Source: Ancylonema sp. (lineage: Eukaryota). From it: 25,612 bases of DNA. Position numbers and translations under genes: made by a program. Positions 1 through 12,195 of this stretch are shown here, piece after piece (the first letter of the stretch is position 1; every line of letters starts with the position of its first letter). The stretch spans positions 124,001-149,612 of the forward strand of contig JBFLGF010000026.1 in NCBI GenBank assembly GCA_050230475.1, read 5' to 3'. A model generated the notes under the pieces. That model was not told where the DNA came from and made no database searches. It was given only the letters and a program-made list of their open reading frames with translations.

Positions 1-1281
1 CGCTCTTCGTGTGGTTCGAACTCGTTTTTCGAGCTCTCTTCTCTATAACCTTTTGGGTATCTAAACTGGTTTGGGTGAAAGCGAGGGGAAAAAAATGGAG
101 CGGATTGGTGGGGAGAAGATTAACTCCTTGTATGGATCAAAGATCGCAACTCCACGGCATCTTCAAAGAAACGGGAGCAAACAGAAGGAAAAAGATTCCG
201 AAAATGGGATTAAACGGAATAAAAAATATGATATTGAGAGACATTTAGGTCCTGACACTCTTGCCATTAATGAAGGTTGAGGATATCTTTGAACATCGTT
301 ATGCTCGGATATGCTTCAAGCTTGCGTTTGTAAAAACTTATTCCACATATTCACTTTTGGTTCCACTTTCTCTTACCATCGTGAGGGACAAGGTGCGGTA
401 GGAGACTCTGTAGCCATGAAGACTACCGCCGATATCTCTTGGTCGATAATAGTGGTGGGAGGCGAACTAGAGATCCCGATCAACACCGTGTGAGAGAAGC
501 GGTACGTGTTATTAGGACGGTCGTGGGTGCTAAATCGACAAAGTCATATTGTTATCCATGATTGCCAAGTTATTGACTCAATTGATCTTCTCTCAAGGTG
601 TCTGTTTTTCAAATGGTCAAAAGGCGTCTAGAGTATTGTATTGTACCATTTTTCGCTTATGATAGCAACAATATGTCTTGCATGCTGCGTGTAACCGGGC
701 AAGAATACCTCGGTTTCAAGGACCGTTGAACCAACCAATACACCTCTAATGTAGGCACGACATAGTTTCTTTTAGAGACAACACTACGGGGTTCCTTCTT
801 GGAATCCATACGTGATGGAGAGTGCAAAGACATTAGGTGCAAAGAAATTTGGAAAGCCAAGGGATCTCAAGATCTTGAATAAAATGTGTATTGGGGGGAG
901 AGAGAATACAATATGGAATTGGTGTTCAAAATGTTGAGAATGAGCTCTATTTAAACCACTCTCCAAGCGTCGGAAGTCATCCGACACCTACCCTCGGCCA
1001 TCCGGCTCTACCATCGGATGTAGCCGACAACTAAATACACGGCATTATCGTGTCCGAACAAGATTAAATAGGGCCTAAAACCTCTTTGAGAACATTCCCG
1101 ACTACATCGTCCCCTAATTTCACACGTCACTTCCGGGCCTATCCCGGAAGTCGTCCTTACCTAATTCCGGGTCGTCTGGGGCCAACCCCGACGTTCCTAA
1201 AATTAAGCTAACGTGTTGCACGACGCTATTTTGTTAAACATTTTGGGTCACTCCTGCGCGTACATATTAGAAGAGTTGCAA

Positions 1282-1754
1282 CCGGCAGCCGTTCATAGTG
1301 AGTTCATTTACAATAAAAGTGAATTCGTCTTTGATATGTCAGACACTATTTAGTTCATTGACTTTGGAAGTGATCAACTTCCGCTTAACACGCTGAGACA
1401 AATCCGATGAAATTTCATCGTAATTAGCACGCAATTTCGTCCACATTGCGGTCGGATCTCGACGACTATTATAGAGATTGGCGGCTCTTTTGTCGCTTAC
1501 TAGATATAATATCTGATCAACATAGATGCCTTCTCCTCACGAGAAAATCCTTTCATATCATCCAATCCGTCAAACGCATTGAAGTCTCGTCCGAATACTC
1601 GAGGCTCACCTTCTATTCCATCACAAATATATAGAGAATCGTTGACATCCAATATTGCCGTTGCTTTAGATAGTCGAACCTAAAAACGAACTTTATCTTC
1701 ATCAAAGGATCGTAGTCTTATTGTGATATCACTTCTACTACTTGATTACGCCAT
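1282..1754 (-). pseudogene. Degenerate Ty1/copia gag N-terminal fragment (not in the ORF track)
   Basis: Manual minus-strand translation from the ATG at 1754 gives MA*SSSRSDITIRLRSFDEDKVRF*VRLSKATAILDVNDSLYICDGIEGEP...EEKASMLI, then after a frameshift LVSDKRAANLYNSRRDPTAMWTKLRANYDEISSDLSQRVKRKLITSKVNELNSV*HIKDEFTFIVNE. This aligns colinearly with the gag at 22268-22795 (MLIMSLVSED...RDPKSMWSYLKEEYDKVTPELRQLAKEKLNSFRLNEKLSLRDIKEEFVSIFRE). Confidence 0.8.
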
Positions 1755-1861
1755 CGATATAAGAATTGCAGCACCCAACTACTCATGAATCAAAAATCAC
1801 AACAATGTACACTTAAACAACAAATGAATTTTGCGGTTAGAGAATTGATTGAAAATTTTGA

Positions 1862-2293
1862 GACCAAAGTCATGCCCCAAATATAAAGTCGCCATGTGGT
1901 GCCTTCTTCACACATACCCTGCTCTTCCTTCCCACCCTCCTCTCTGCACTCGTCAGGTCTTTGCTTTTCCTCTTCCTGTTTTTTGCACTTGGGGAAACTA
2001 CCTGTACAAGCAAAGTAGACTTTGGTCATTGGTCACGTGCGTGCAAGCCTATTGTGCCCCCCGCCCTACCCACTTCCTCCTCCTCTTCCTCCGGGATCAC
2101 ATGGACCCTCCGACACCCTCCAATCTTCCGTATTGTTACTCTCCCGCGTTGACGCGTCTCGTTCCCCACCCTCGCCCTTCCCACAAGTCTCTCCACCACC
2201 TAAAGATTCTCCACACATTCTTGTAAAACCAGTGGCGGAATACCATTTGATCCAGTGATAATTATACTTGCATAGGACTGTGATTGCATTATA
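1862..2293 (+). repeat. Left arm of a long, diverged inverted repeat (partner 3241-3698)
   Basis: Reverse-complement blocks are shared with 3241-3698, e.g. tattgtgccccccgccctaccca, cctcttcctccggga, ttccgtattgttact, cccgcgttgacgcgtc, aaaccagtggcggaat and gactgtgattgcattata. The ORF track shows matching peptides on opposite strands (HWSRACKPIVPPALPTS vs HWSLACKHIVPPALPTS). Confidence 0.9.
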
Positions 2294-2653
2294 AATCTTT
2301 TTGTAGCCATAACGTTGATCAGGGCACGTCCAGCGACTATCGTCAAATAAAATCGCATGCATGTTATCATGTTATACACACCACTACATTGATTTACAGC
2401 CTTGTCATGGGATATTCCTTCGTAAGCGTTCATTCGTCAATCCTGCATACGTGTTCATCGTTTTTTCCATTTTTCCCATTTTTTTATACTTCCGAATTTA
2501 TGCAAAGACGTGCTTCCAGAAGAGCACTCAAGCAAAAAGGGTGTACGAGGATGTACGTAAAATACAATACGTCAAAATGGCGTGCGATTTTACTTGACAA
2601 TGGTCGCTGGATGTGCCCTAATTAGCGTAATGGCAGAGAAAAGATTTATAATG
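2287..2653. repeat. Inner inverted repeat with 74-bp arms (2287-2360 and 2580-2653); MITE/foldback-like
   Basis: An ungapped hand alignment of the left arm to the reverse complement of the right arm gives 61/74 identities. The outer 15 bp (cattataaatctttt) match perfectly, and 10 of the 13 mismatches are transitions. Confidence 0.85.
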
Positions 2654-3240
2654 AAGTAAATTAGTGCTTTAATCAAGGGAAATGCCGAGTTGTGGCGATA
2701 GTAATAATTGTAGACTTAGCGTGGACCGGAGATGTGACTCTAATGTGCATGTGTGTCTATGTTGTGAGTCGATACAATAGGCATGTGGATGTGAATCGAC
2801 AATTATGTAGGTTGCACTTAGGCGCAATGGGCGCGGAAGCGAGTACGATGAATTCGTACCGGTTTACTCTAGTACCGGACTAAGTTGCACTAAATTTGCA
2901 TAGTTGAGTGTGCACCAATGGGGTGAATATAAATAGTCGCATTATTGTGTTCACGGGAAATGACGTTAGCGAGTAGCCTTTAGTCAACCTACGCACCGGT
3001 TGGTTAAACCGATTTGTCCTCGGCTTGTGAGGCAAATTCAATATATACTCTACGGAGTTTTCATAACTAATATTTCATACCATCATCGCTTTTGTTTCCA
3101 GTGGGATTCTAGTCTATTGGTGTGTTGCCATTTGTCACGGACAGTTTGGCTTTGTATGTAATTCACGAGAAGTCGGAGAGCCGGCGAATTTAAGACCTGT
3201 ACGGCAGGCAAGGGATTGGCCCACTATGGGAGCATCGGGC

Positions 3241-3698
3241 TATAATGCAATCACAGTCATGTATAAGTGTAACTATCACCGGATCAAAGAGCATTCCGCC
3301 ACTGGTTTGCAAGTATGCGAAGAGAATCTTCAGGTGGTGGAAGAACCTTTGGGGAGGGCAAAAGTGTGGAACGGGACGCGTCAACGCGGGGAGTTAGTAA
3401 CAATACGGAAGAAAGGAGGGTACAGGAGGGTCCATATAGTCCCGGAGGAAGAGGGGAAGGAGGTGGGTAGGGCGGGGGGCACAATATGCTTGCAAGCAAG
3501 TGACCAATGATCCAATTTTTTCTTTACTTGTGCAGATAGTATCCCCACATGCAAGGAGCATAAAGAGGAAAAGCAAGGACGTGGCGAGTGTAGAGGGGAG
3601 GGTGGGAAGGAAGACCAGGGGCTGTGTGAAGCAAGCACCACAGACGAGGGTGTAGAGTCTAGAGCAACGAAATAAAATCCGAGCATGTCTTGTTGGTC
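3241..3698 (-). repeat. Right arm of the long inverted repeat (partner 1862-2293)
   Basis: Reverse complement of the left arm, with many substitutions and a few indels. The outer boundary is approximate (gaccaa..ag[t/a]catgc block). Confidence 0.9.
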
Positions 3699-6600
3699 CG
3701 TCAAGGTATTTAGATTATTGATCGTGTTGTGTGTCTCGCCAATACAAGCAAGTAAAAGAAGCTCACTTGGAATTGAAGGGCGAGAACAAACAGGTTCTTA
3801 GTAAAAAAAACAACGTAGAGATGGCTATGTGTGGTTTTCCAATTTCTCGTTTGACCCTCAAGTACGTTTTTAGTTCTATTGGATGAACGAAGCCAAAAAA
3901 TAGTAATCTTGCAAAAGAGCACAAACATTCATATGACTTGCGACGTGTTCATACAACATCAAAATCGTCTTCCTCTTGTCGCAAACGCGTTTATTACCCC
4001 GTTTCTGGATTTTGTAGAAACCCAACAATATTTAGTACTTCCATCGGTCGCTTCCGATAAGGATTTTTCTTGTTCGTCACTAAGTAACGAATACATATTT
4101 TACTTACGCCTAGATTTATCATATTATAGATTTAAAAGCCACAATATGTAATCGAAGAGTACTGGAGCAATGGTATTTATTTTGAGATGTACCTCCCCTT
4201 GGAATGTTTCTTTTACATGATAGGAATGATTTTTTTAATGTATAAATAAAATTTAATGAAAAACAAAATATTACATTACAAAGTGACCAAACATAGTTTT
4301 GATTTAACAACATGAAAATATAAATGCAATCGACCTCCACGCAACTCCGGTTATTTAGAGCGACCCAAGATGTTGTCGAGAATCGAGAACCAATAAGAAG
4401 TTGTCTTGGTGTGGTTCGTACAAGGAGCAAAAAGAAATAAGAAGAAGAAGAGAAGAAGAAAGAAAAAACAAAAAAAAATGTCATGACTATGAGGGGGAAA
4501 AAAAGATTGGTTAGTAACCTACACGTCAGATTCTACGTCAATACCCGATATCGGACTCAAGATTTTGTACGATGAGATAGGTAACTAATTTGCATAATAT
4601 GGATGAAGACAGGTTTCATTGCATATTGAAAAGATTTAGCAGAGACACAATATGTACGTAAACGTCTTAAATAAAACGACTGGTGCATACGAATAACATG
4701 TATTTCTATTTTAAGGTGGCTGCCCCACAATGGTTAAAAGTACCACGATATAGACCGGTACATCCCATGTTTTTCATCCAACATGTCGATTTTCATCTTA
4801 ATGAGTATGAGGATTTGGTTTGGGAATGAATATATTTGCAATGCGGAAATAAAAACGTATGGGAAATGTGGCATCCTAAGTATTATATTTTCTCACTCTT
4901 CCACATTTCCAGAGCTTAGTTGGATTTATAACATAATCTCTCGATTTTTTCACATGAAAAAAATCGAGAGACAAAAAAAAATATGATGTGTACAACATAA
5001 TGGGACACGAGCCGCTCGATTGATTCGCGAGCGCGCTTGGTACACATTCAGGACACGAGCATTTGACGAAAATCGAAAGGCGTACTTCCAGATTCGACTA
5101 GGTGCCTGGTGGCCTACTGCTCGGTTCATGCTTGGGACGCGAGCGCCAATGACCTAGATACGTATGATTACACTTCGCCTCGGGCTCGCGGTTGTCCTCC
5201 CATACAAGCTCTCAATTGAAGGACGGAGGCTCGCTGGGCTGGACCCAACTCCATTCCACATCTCCAAGCTCTCCAAGCTCTCTCTAGCGCCGTTAAGGCT
5301 AGAGGCTGGGCCCCGTCCCCTGCCTATACCAAGCACGTTTTTAGGTGTATGTTTATGAGTGAATAGGTATGAATGGTTCAATATTGCCTCACATGAGTTA
5401 TTGTGTGGTGTGGGTCAAAGACGCCTATTAGCAAGTGGTTGAGAACTCCGGGTGAAGCTACGATGCTCCGTTTCTTCCCGATGGGGACTTCGTCGTCGAG
5501 TCCGCAAATCTGTGGTCCAAGGGCAAACCTCTGCCAATGGCGAGGTTGCTCCGAGAGAGGTCGCGGGATCCTTCGACCGTGCCGAGGGCCCGCGAGGGCG
5601 ACCCCTCTACACAACACAAATAGTCATCGAGGAAGGGGCCGCGGGTTAAGGCAAACCGACTACTTGGTGGGGGGGGGGGGAGTACGATTCCCCATTCCAT
5701 CTCAACAAAGCAAAAGATTATGGAGGGGGGGGGGGGGGGGTGAATACTTTCGATTACTTCGTACAAGATTGAGGGGTTGGGTGGGTTAGCGGGGGAGGTT
5801 TCCTTTTGGTTTAAACCAACAACCAATGAGACGCGGTGTTAGATTAATGGCGACATCGACCATGAGGGAGGATGCGCATGAGTTCGTCGTAGATGCATTC
5901 ATGGAAAGCTTGGAGCGCATTGCCAAGATGCAATTCCTCGATGTCAAATCTAAGAAAGGTATAACCGAATCGTAACTCCCTCTTCATTTTTTTTATGGGC
6001 TGGAAATCTGCATTCCATTGGCTGCAATAAGCAACCGGTTGCTCTTCGATTCTTCGTACGTACGAGTGTCTTTTCATCACGGCGGCGAGACCCCACTAGC
6101 CACGAACGCTGGCAAAACAAACCTAACCGAGGTCGTGTGGTGTTAAGTGTGGTCGTGTGGTGGGATGTCGGGACTACGTGGGGATGAGCTATATGTAGGC
6201 TCCATGTTTTTTAGTTGTCTTAGAATCTTGTACGTGATGATATTTTTCGATATTATTCACATATGTTGTGGGGTGATTGTGACGTTGCACGCTTAGTTTG
6301 TGAAGCCACTAAAAACTTGCATGGACGTGGTAAACTCTCGCGTAGATCGCCTTCAAATTCCATGGCGTTGAGTGTCAACCATGTATATTTGGTGAGAACG
6401 GCTACCACGCAGTGAAAAGTGAATGGTGCTCATAAATTTACTCACATCTCTTCTCGCAACATGTTCTTGTGTGGGTGCACTACCATACCCTAAAGGCCCA
6501 CACCAAAAACGCCCTTAAGAGACTCAGGTTGCTCTAAGATGTCGAGGAACTATTTGTGACGTACTTCATTCCCGGATTCATATGGAATGGAATTATCATC

Positions 6601-7267
6601 GACAATCAAAACAAAAGAGAGAGTGGGGAAAAAAAAGACTTGTGGAGAATTGCACAAAAGTAAGAGTCGGGACGAGTGTTTGAGATGGTGTGAATTGCTC
6701 CCGATTCGCGAACCCAAATTAAATAAAGATTGCGAAGAAAAATTCGTCTCAACGCAACCTTTGTTCAAGTTTATGTCATTGGAAAAGAAACGAGGAGCAA
6801 CATCTCAACCACTCGTCACGCCTCTTTGAAACATGCGATTTCTCCAAAGTTGCAATGGTCACCTTTGCAATGGCCACCTTGTCTCCTATCTTGATTTTGG
6901 TTGATGATCTATTCCATATTAAATCCGAAACAAAATACGTCACAAACAATGGCCCGACGTCAAGGGCGTCTTTGATGTGAACCTCGAAGGTGTGGTGAGC
7001 GTACCCAAACAAGAACCCAGTGGCCGAAAAAAATGCGAGTAAAATTATATCACGTGCTAGCGCGTGGTCGCCGTACTCGCCAACTATATATGGGTGGCAC
7101 GGACAAAATGGGCCATGGAGAATGGAGGTGAAGTACTTCGTTACCCCTTCCTCTATTGTCGCGCAAGTCTTTAATAACTTGGTAAAGCCAGGCGTGCTTC
7201 CACATTCACCCAATATCAAATTGTGATCAAGCATAGAATAATCCCAACACATATAAATACAGGCACG

Positions 7268-7280
7268 TGGGCCCATAACC
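7268..7280 (-). promoter_or_regulatory. Copia primer-binding site GGTTATGGGCCCA (half-tRNAiMet type)
   Basis: The plus strand reads tgggcccataacc, a match to the copia/Hemivirus PBS complementary to the initiator-tRNA anticodon arm. It directly abuts an LTR-like segment. Confidence 0.8.
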
Positions 7281-7706
7281 TATAAGCTTTTGAGTGATTA
7301 GACGTGCCGGAATAATTAGGGGGGCGACAAAACGAACCGTACGCAAAAGGATCTCTATCACCGCTGATCAACGAGACAAGAGTTGCGTGTGTGGAACGAA
7401 TTATTATTGTGATTGCATCGGGGATGGTAATACCCGATGCGCTTTACAGATTGTTGTGTGCACGGTCGGCCTATCATTGGCTGACAGCTCTTCTACATGT
7501 CAACGGCACATGCCGGACCTTTCTGACACGACTAAACAAGCCAATCACGACGCTTCAAACAACTAACGTCTCTAAGCGTCGGACACATGTCAGGTGCCCG
7601 GGCACAAACTGGCCCGGCCCCGCATACAGGCACATCTAGAATATTGCTCCCGGTTAGAGTAACCGGTTAGCAAGCATAACATATGGCTATCCAAAATATT
7701 CTAACA
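7281..7706 (-). mobile_element. Orphan copia 5' LTR (426 bp; TGTTAG...TTATA on the minus strand)
   Basis: The minus strand starts TGTTAGAATATTTTGGATAGCCATA, resembling the LTR start at 22796 (TGTTAGGATTTGAAGTATCGGATAGGCATA). It ends tcactcaaaagcttata just before the PBS, compared with tcacaccaaatctttaca before the PBS at 23296. The 3' dinucleotide is TA rather than CA. Confidence 0.7.
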
Positions 7707-9889
7707 ACTACAGGTGCGAATATTTGTGTACCCAGAAATTAGGAAACCACGTGTTGCTAATCCTTACCTAAACCCACCTTCCAACCATCCCGTCCATACC
7801 TTAATCTAGCGCACACAAATTCAGCTTTAATTCCTCCCTCAACTCTTCAAGCGTGTGATGTTGGTGGAGTCTTGCCGCGAAAGATGTCGCTCTGCAACCC
7901 TTGATTTTTCTCCGCCTCTATTTCCACCTCGTATACAACTCGGGGGACGAGTTTTGATATGACGTGGCAATTGGATCGGGCTGGTGGACGACAACATTAT
8001 ACCAACAGTGCATTGAATAGAAGTGACTCCGGGATAAACCTGTGCAAAAGTTTGGTTTTTTTTGGTTGTTGTGCAATGTGTTGTCCATATAATGATGCTA
8101 CGATACTCGTAAATATATTGTAAGCGATATCTGATAACATCTAACATACTACAAAGTGATGGCCACAAAAATTACAATTAGAGGAAGTTAAAATTTCGCC
8201 TTCTTCGCTTTGACCTCAATGTATAGCTTCCTCACAACATTATATTCTCCATAAAAAGCATCTACCAAGAACGCATACGCACCCCCCTCATAGTCGGTGT
8301 TTTTTTATTCCTCCACCACCCTCCTTCATGGGTAGCTTTAGTTAAATGATAAGATCCTGTCGCCGCTCATCCACCCGGCTCCTCATTATTGAATCTTTGG
8401 TATTGAAGGGGTTCACTTCTTCGGGGGAATAAGGGTCGGGGGGGTCTCGATGCGTTGATCCCTGGCGGGTGTTGGCTCGAGGGTAGGGGTGAGTTGTCGG
8501 GTTGGAATGGGGAAGGGTTCGGGGTTGGGCGGACTGGGTTGACGCTAGATGTTATTTTCAGTATGCTGGGAATTTGGGTTGTCGCTACGAGTAGGGTTGC
8601 GGTTGGTGTTGGCATTGAAGCTAAGGCTGGAAATGTGACGATTCAGGGGGTTGGAATGGGGTGACAATAGGATTTTGTGATTGAGAAGGGGGTCGGGGGG
8701 AGGAGGGATTATTCGCTATGGTAGAGGAGATTTCTCGGGGTCACAAGCTTCTTCCTTGCTCCCCGCCACTACATCGACTTCATACGCTACATCGACGATG
8801 CAACCGCCCACCTGCCCCACAATCAGTCCGCCCGCCTTATGGCGTTTTGATGTGTGTCCACATGCGTGAGATACAGTTGCGAAGAATACAACGATCCAGA
8901 TTGATTGGAAATTGAAAAATGTAATTTGGGAGGGAAGCGCGAAGCTCGAAACGGGAAACATGAAGCCGGAAGCGGAGTAGGACTTGCAAGAATATACAAT
9001 CCTTGCCTATATTATAGGCAAGCTTGTGCCAGGCGAGCTAGTGACAGGCAAACTAGTGCCGCGTGTTGCATGCGTGCCAATGAACACCACTTTATTGACA
9101 TGGTACCAATCCTAATTCTTCCCATTCCATCGTGATCGTTAACCTTCATTCATCTTTCACCCGTTGTCGCTTATCCGACTAGTGTTGTCATTGAAATCGT
9201 GCCATCGTTAGCCCGTCCCATCAGTGACGTATGTGGCGAGTCGTTTTTCGATTATCTTTCGGCCCATCCCCATTTTGTCACGTTGCCCTTTCCACCGTAT
9301 TTCCCATAGCCCGAGATATATTGGGGCTCGGTAACATATAATTTGACGTTGTATGAGCACGACCGACACCACGTACCATGTCGCCCGACCCTTTTTTTTG
9401 TCGTCTCACATGTTACCATTTTTTTTGGTAGCCTTCCTACGTAATTTCCCATACGTTGGGACATAGTAGGGCCCAAAACGCAGTTTTTTCCGCCATTATT
9501 TTTCTGTACTACACGTCTCTAGAATGCCGTTTTCTTTTAGCTTTGCCGTACTTTCAATCTACTTTCTCGTCCTTTTTTGAGGCCAACATATCCTTCATAT
9601 ATTTTTGTTTCGAACTCTCTTTACTTGTAAAACCTATTCCGTCGAGTGTCCCGTTCGTTTGTTGGCCTGCACTCAATGCGTCCTCTGCATCCTCGTTTGT
9701 TATGTTACTGGTAAACGAATGCCGTTTCGAAAGTACGACACGGCATACATTGTCGTATCCCCAACACGTACGAGTGTCCGAACCGACATGCCTGTAAGTG
9801 TTAGTGTCCGTTTGACTAATTTTGATGTCTATATACAATGATGTCCGTATACGAAGTGTGCATGTAAGAAAGTTAGACTGTCCATTTGG

Positions 9890-10570
9890 CCTTAAAGAGC
9901 GAGCCATGGTTGCCTCGCTCCTTTTCAGTGAGATTTCACAGGGGTTTCAACCTAAACGCCAAGGGCCACATCCCATCCTTGCTGCCCTTCAATCGTTGAA
10001 GAAACAACAATACTTGCATGAAATTGGATCGGTATAGGTATTCCTACACCGACCCACATAATGTTCGGGTGTAACACAAAATTGCTCTTAGTTGAGTACA
10101 AATATCTTCTAGATGTGCACATCTAGACATCCACGACCTGATATCCGAAAACTTGGATGCATGACATGCATGTTGATATCTCTTGGGTGATGGCGAATTC
10201 TGAATTTGAGAAATGATTGGTTATACCATATAAGCTCGAAGATGATTTGTGATACAGAAAAAGCAAACTATGGCACAAAGCAGTGGTGGTTTTGGACTAG
10301 ATTCGGGGTGACAATATTGAAGTGCATGCTCTTGCGTATGTGTGATCCAGTATTATTGTATAGTGTGTCTATGCATTCGGAATACAATGCCACCATGAAT
10401 CACCCTGGGACTTTGAGCTAAAGTGGTACGTAGAGTGGATGTACGAGGTACAAAGGGTGTGGGTGCTTCCTGCCAACTCCAAAAACTCCAAATACTCTTG
10501 AGGAGGCATCTACATCATAAACTTTTCGAGGGTCCTCAGGGTTCATCACCACACAGCATGCAGTACAGAT
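9890..10570 (+). pseudogene. Possible highly decayed Ty3/gypsy pol relic (RNase H to integrase Zn-binding region)
   Basis: Frame-hopping translation gives ILAALQSLKKQQYLHEIG..V..YTDPH (RNase H-like), PYKLEDDL*YRKSKLW..VV...IR...IEVH (pre-HHCC region) and W...L...DVR....ASCQLQK (CxxCQxxK-like), in gypsy domain order. There are many stops and frameshifts; the call is by eye only. Confidence 0.35.
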
Positions 10571-10681
10571 AGTACATTGAGTTCGAAAAGAAAATGAGTA
10601 CGACATCACTTTCGAGACCAGTGATAATATTAAGTTAACAATCATTCATTTACATGTCAAATTTAGGGTGAAAACCATAGA

Positions 10682-12195
10682 TCGGGCGGAACATTTTCTT
10701 CTGGACAAGACGGGCTAATAAATTGAAAAGTAATGATTAAAACACGTTTCACTATTTCAACAACAAGCAAGTGTTGTAAGCCAAATACTCTACCTTAACG
10801 GCAAGGCAAGGTAGGCTATTTGATGATGATAAGAGATTCGGTTGATTCGAATGAAGCATTCGTGTTCTTTTACAAAGAAAAGTTGAATGATTGAATGATA
10901 GTAGAACCCGAATGTATACAGATTGCCTAAGGGCAAATACATTTTGCCTACTTCCACAACTTGCTGCACACGTCAAGGAGCGTCGGAGGGAATGTCAATC
11001 TATGTATAGCAGGCAATCAAATATAATGAACTTATGAGCAATGAAGCCGTGCGCTCAAGTTTTCTTGATGCAATGTTGCACAATCAATCCGTTAAAATGT
11101 TAACCAATGATGAAATCACAGCTCGGTCACGGTAACTGGGCTGATAATGTGAGGGTGAGGGTTTGTATTACACACCTTCGACAACGGAATTCTTCTTTTG
11201 CAATAATAGAGAGTACTTTCAGAAAGTCGTGGTCAGGACCTCCTCACTCTATATCTTGCTGCTAACATAGACACTACGCGAAACATCAAAATGATTTTGT
11301 ACACCTTTTTACGATTGCTCATGATCTCTCTCTCTACCTTATGTGCTGGGTTAAAAACATGCTCTGATAGCGCACGAGCGCCCAAAGCACCGAAGTCTAG
11401 CGGACCATGGAGCTTGCCGTTCTTATGTGGCGTCATCACACGTATCCAATGCTATAAACAGGTCCAACCTCAGAGGGCCATAGCTGACATTGAAACAGGA
11501 GTTAAATTAAACATTCAAATTGACATGGTGAAGGTCGGATCGAAACTGAAAGTTTACCTCTAGCGCGATGCAGTTTCACCACCACTAGCACTGCAGACGC
11601 AAAACAAGACCAGTCACCCAGTCTGAAAGTAAGGCGCGTGGACCAGCAACCGCGACCCCGTGAAGAAAGATGACGAGTCGTAAAATGAAACTTATCGGCT
11701 TCAGAGGGAGATGAATAACCATCTCAGAAAAAAACTAGGCACCCTCGAAACTCAACCACCAGGAATTGTGTCCGGCAGGAAAAAGAAATAGAGTATTGAA
11801 CCGGTTGAGGTGAGATAGAGCGTAGAGCTCGATAAAATCTTCATCCGATGCAACAGCCCCCACTGTAGAATGGCACAACGGGTTATGTGGATTCCCGTCG
11901 TCCTTATCTGCTTTGCAAGTTCCAAGATCGAATGCGAGAAGTCTACCGATGCACGATACCGATGCACGAGCAAGACACGTTTGGACACGTTTGGACAACT
12001 CGTAGCCCCCAGATTGTTGACACCCCGGTGGCACAAAAAGTTCACGTCCACGGCTGTACGGTAATGTTTGGACGTACGGTACCCCGCCAGCCCGCCGCCA
12101 GTACCAACCGAGTTGCGCGCCCGTAGTTGGCTTGGATGGGCTGGTCCAGCCCGGCTGGACGTTAAAACTTGTCCAAGAATAATGTCCTAGCCCTA
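10682..12195 (+). mobile_element. Possible degenerate hAT-like DNA transposon relic
   Basis: Imperfect 28-bp terminal inverted repeats: tcgggcggaacattttcttctggacaag (10682-10709) vs the reverse complement of 12168-12195 (tagggctaggacattattcttggacaag; a TAGGG terminus is typical of hAT). Clustered (t)tggac motifs occur at about 11970-12160. LYTFLRLLMISLST near 11297 weakly resembles the hAT dimerisation domain. No 8-bp TSD was found. Confidence 0.35.

Noticed and set aside
700..960. Possible chromovirus integrase tail (PRFQGP plus a chromodomain-like KTLGAKKFGKP...ENT.W)
   Set aside because: It needs several frameshifts and few residues match, so it cannot be distinguished from chance without a profile search.
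1849..3704. Overlapping ORFs in the inverted-repeat arms as duplicated protein genes
   Set aside because: The similarity appears in all frames and indels break frames between the arms, which indicates DNA-level repetition rather than coding constraint.
5095..6050. Shared peptide VAYCS in a plus-strand frame near 5110 and in ORF 5844-6080 (minus)
   Set aside because: Only five residues match and there is no convincing nucleotide-level similarity.
6776..7276. 166-aa minus-strand ORF as a real gene (CWDY weakly suggests an NYN/PIN motif)
   Set aside because: Its ATG is part of the copia PBS (ATGGGCCCA), and no further nuclease motifs or gag similarity are recognisable.
8367..8961. Proline-rich and adjacent short ORFs as a gene or LINE ORF1
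   Set aside because: Low-complexity, strand-skewed sequence with no domain motif or supportable splice model.
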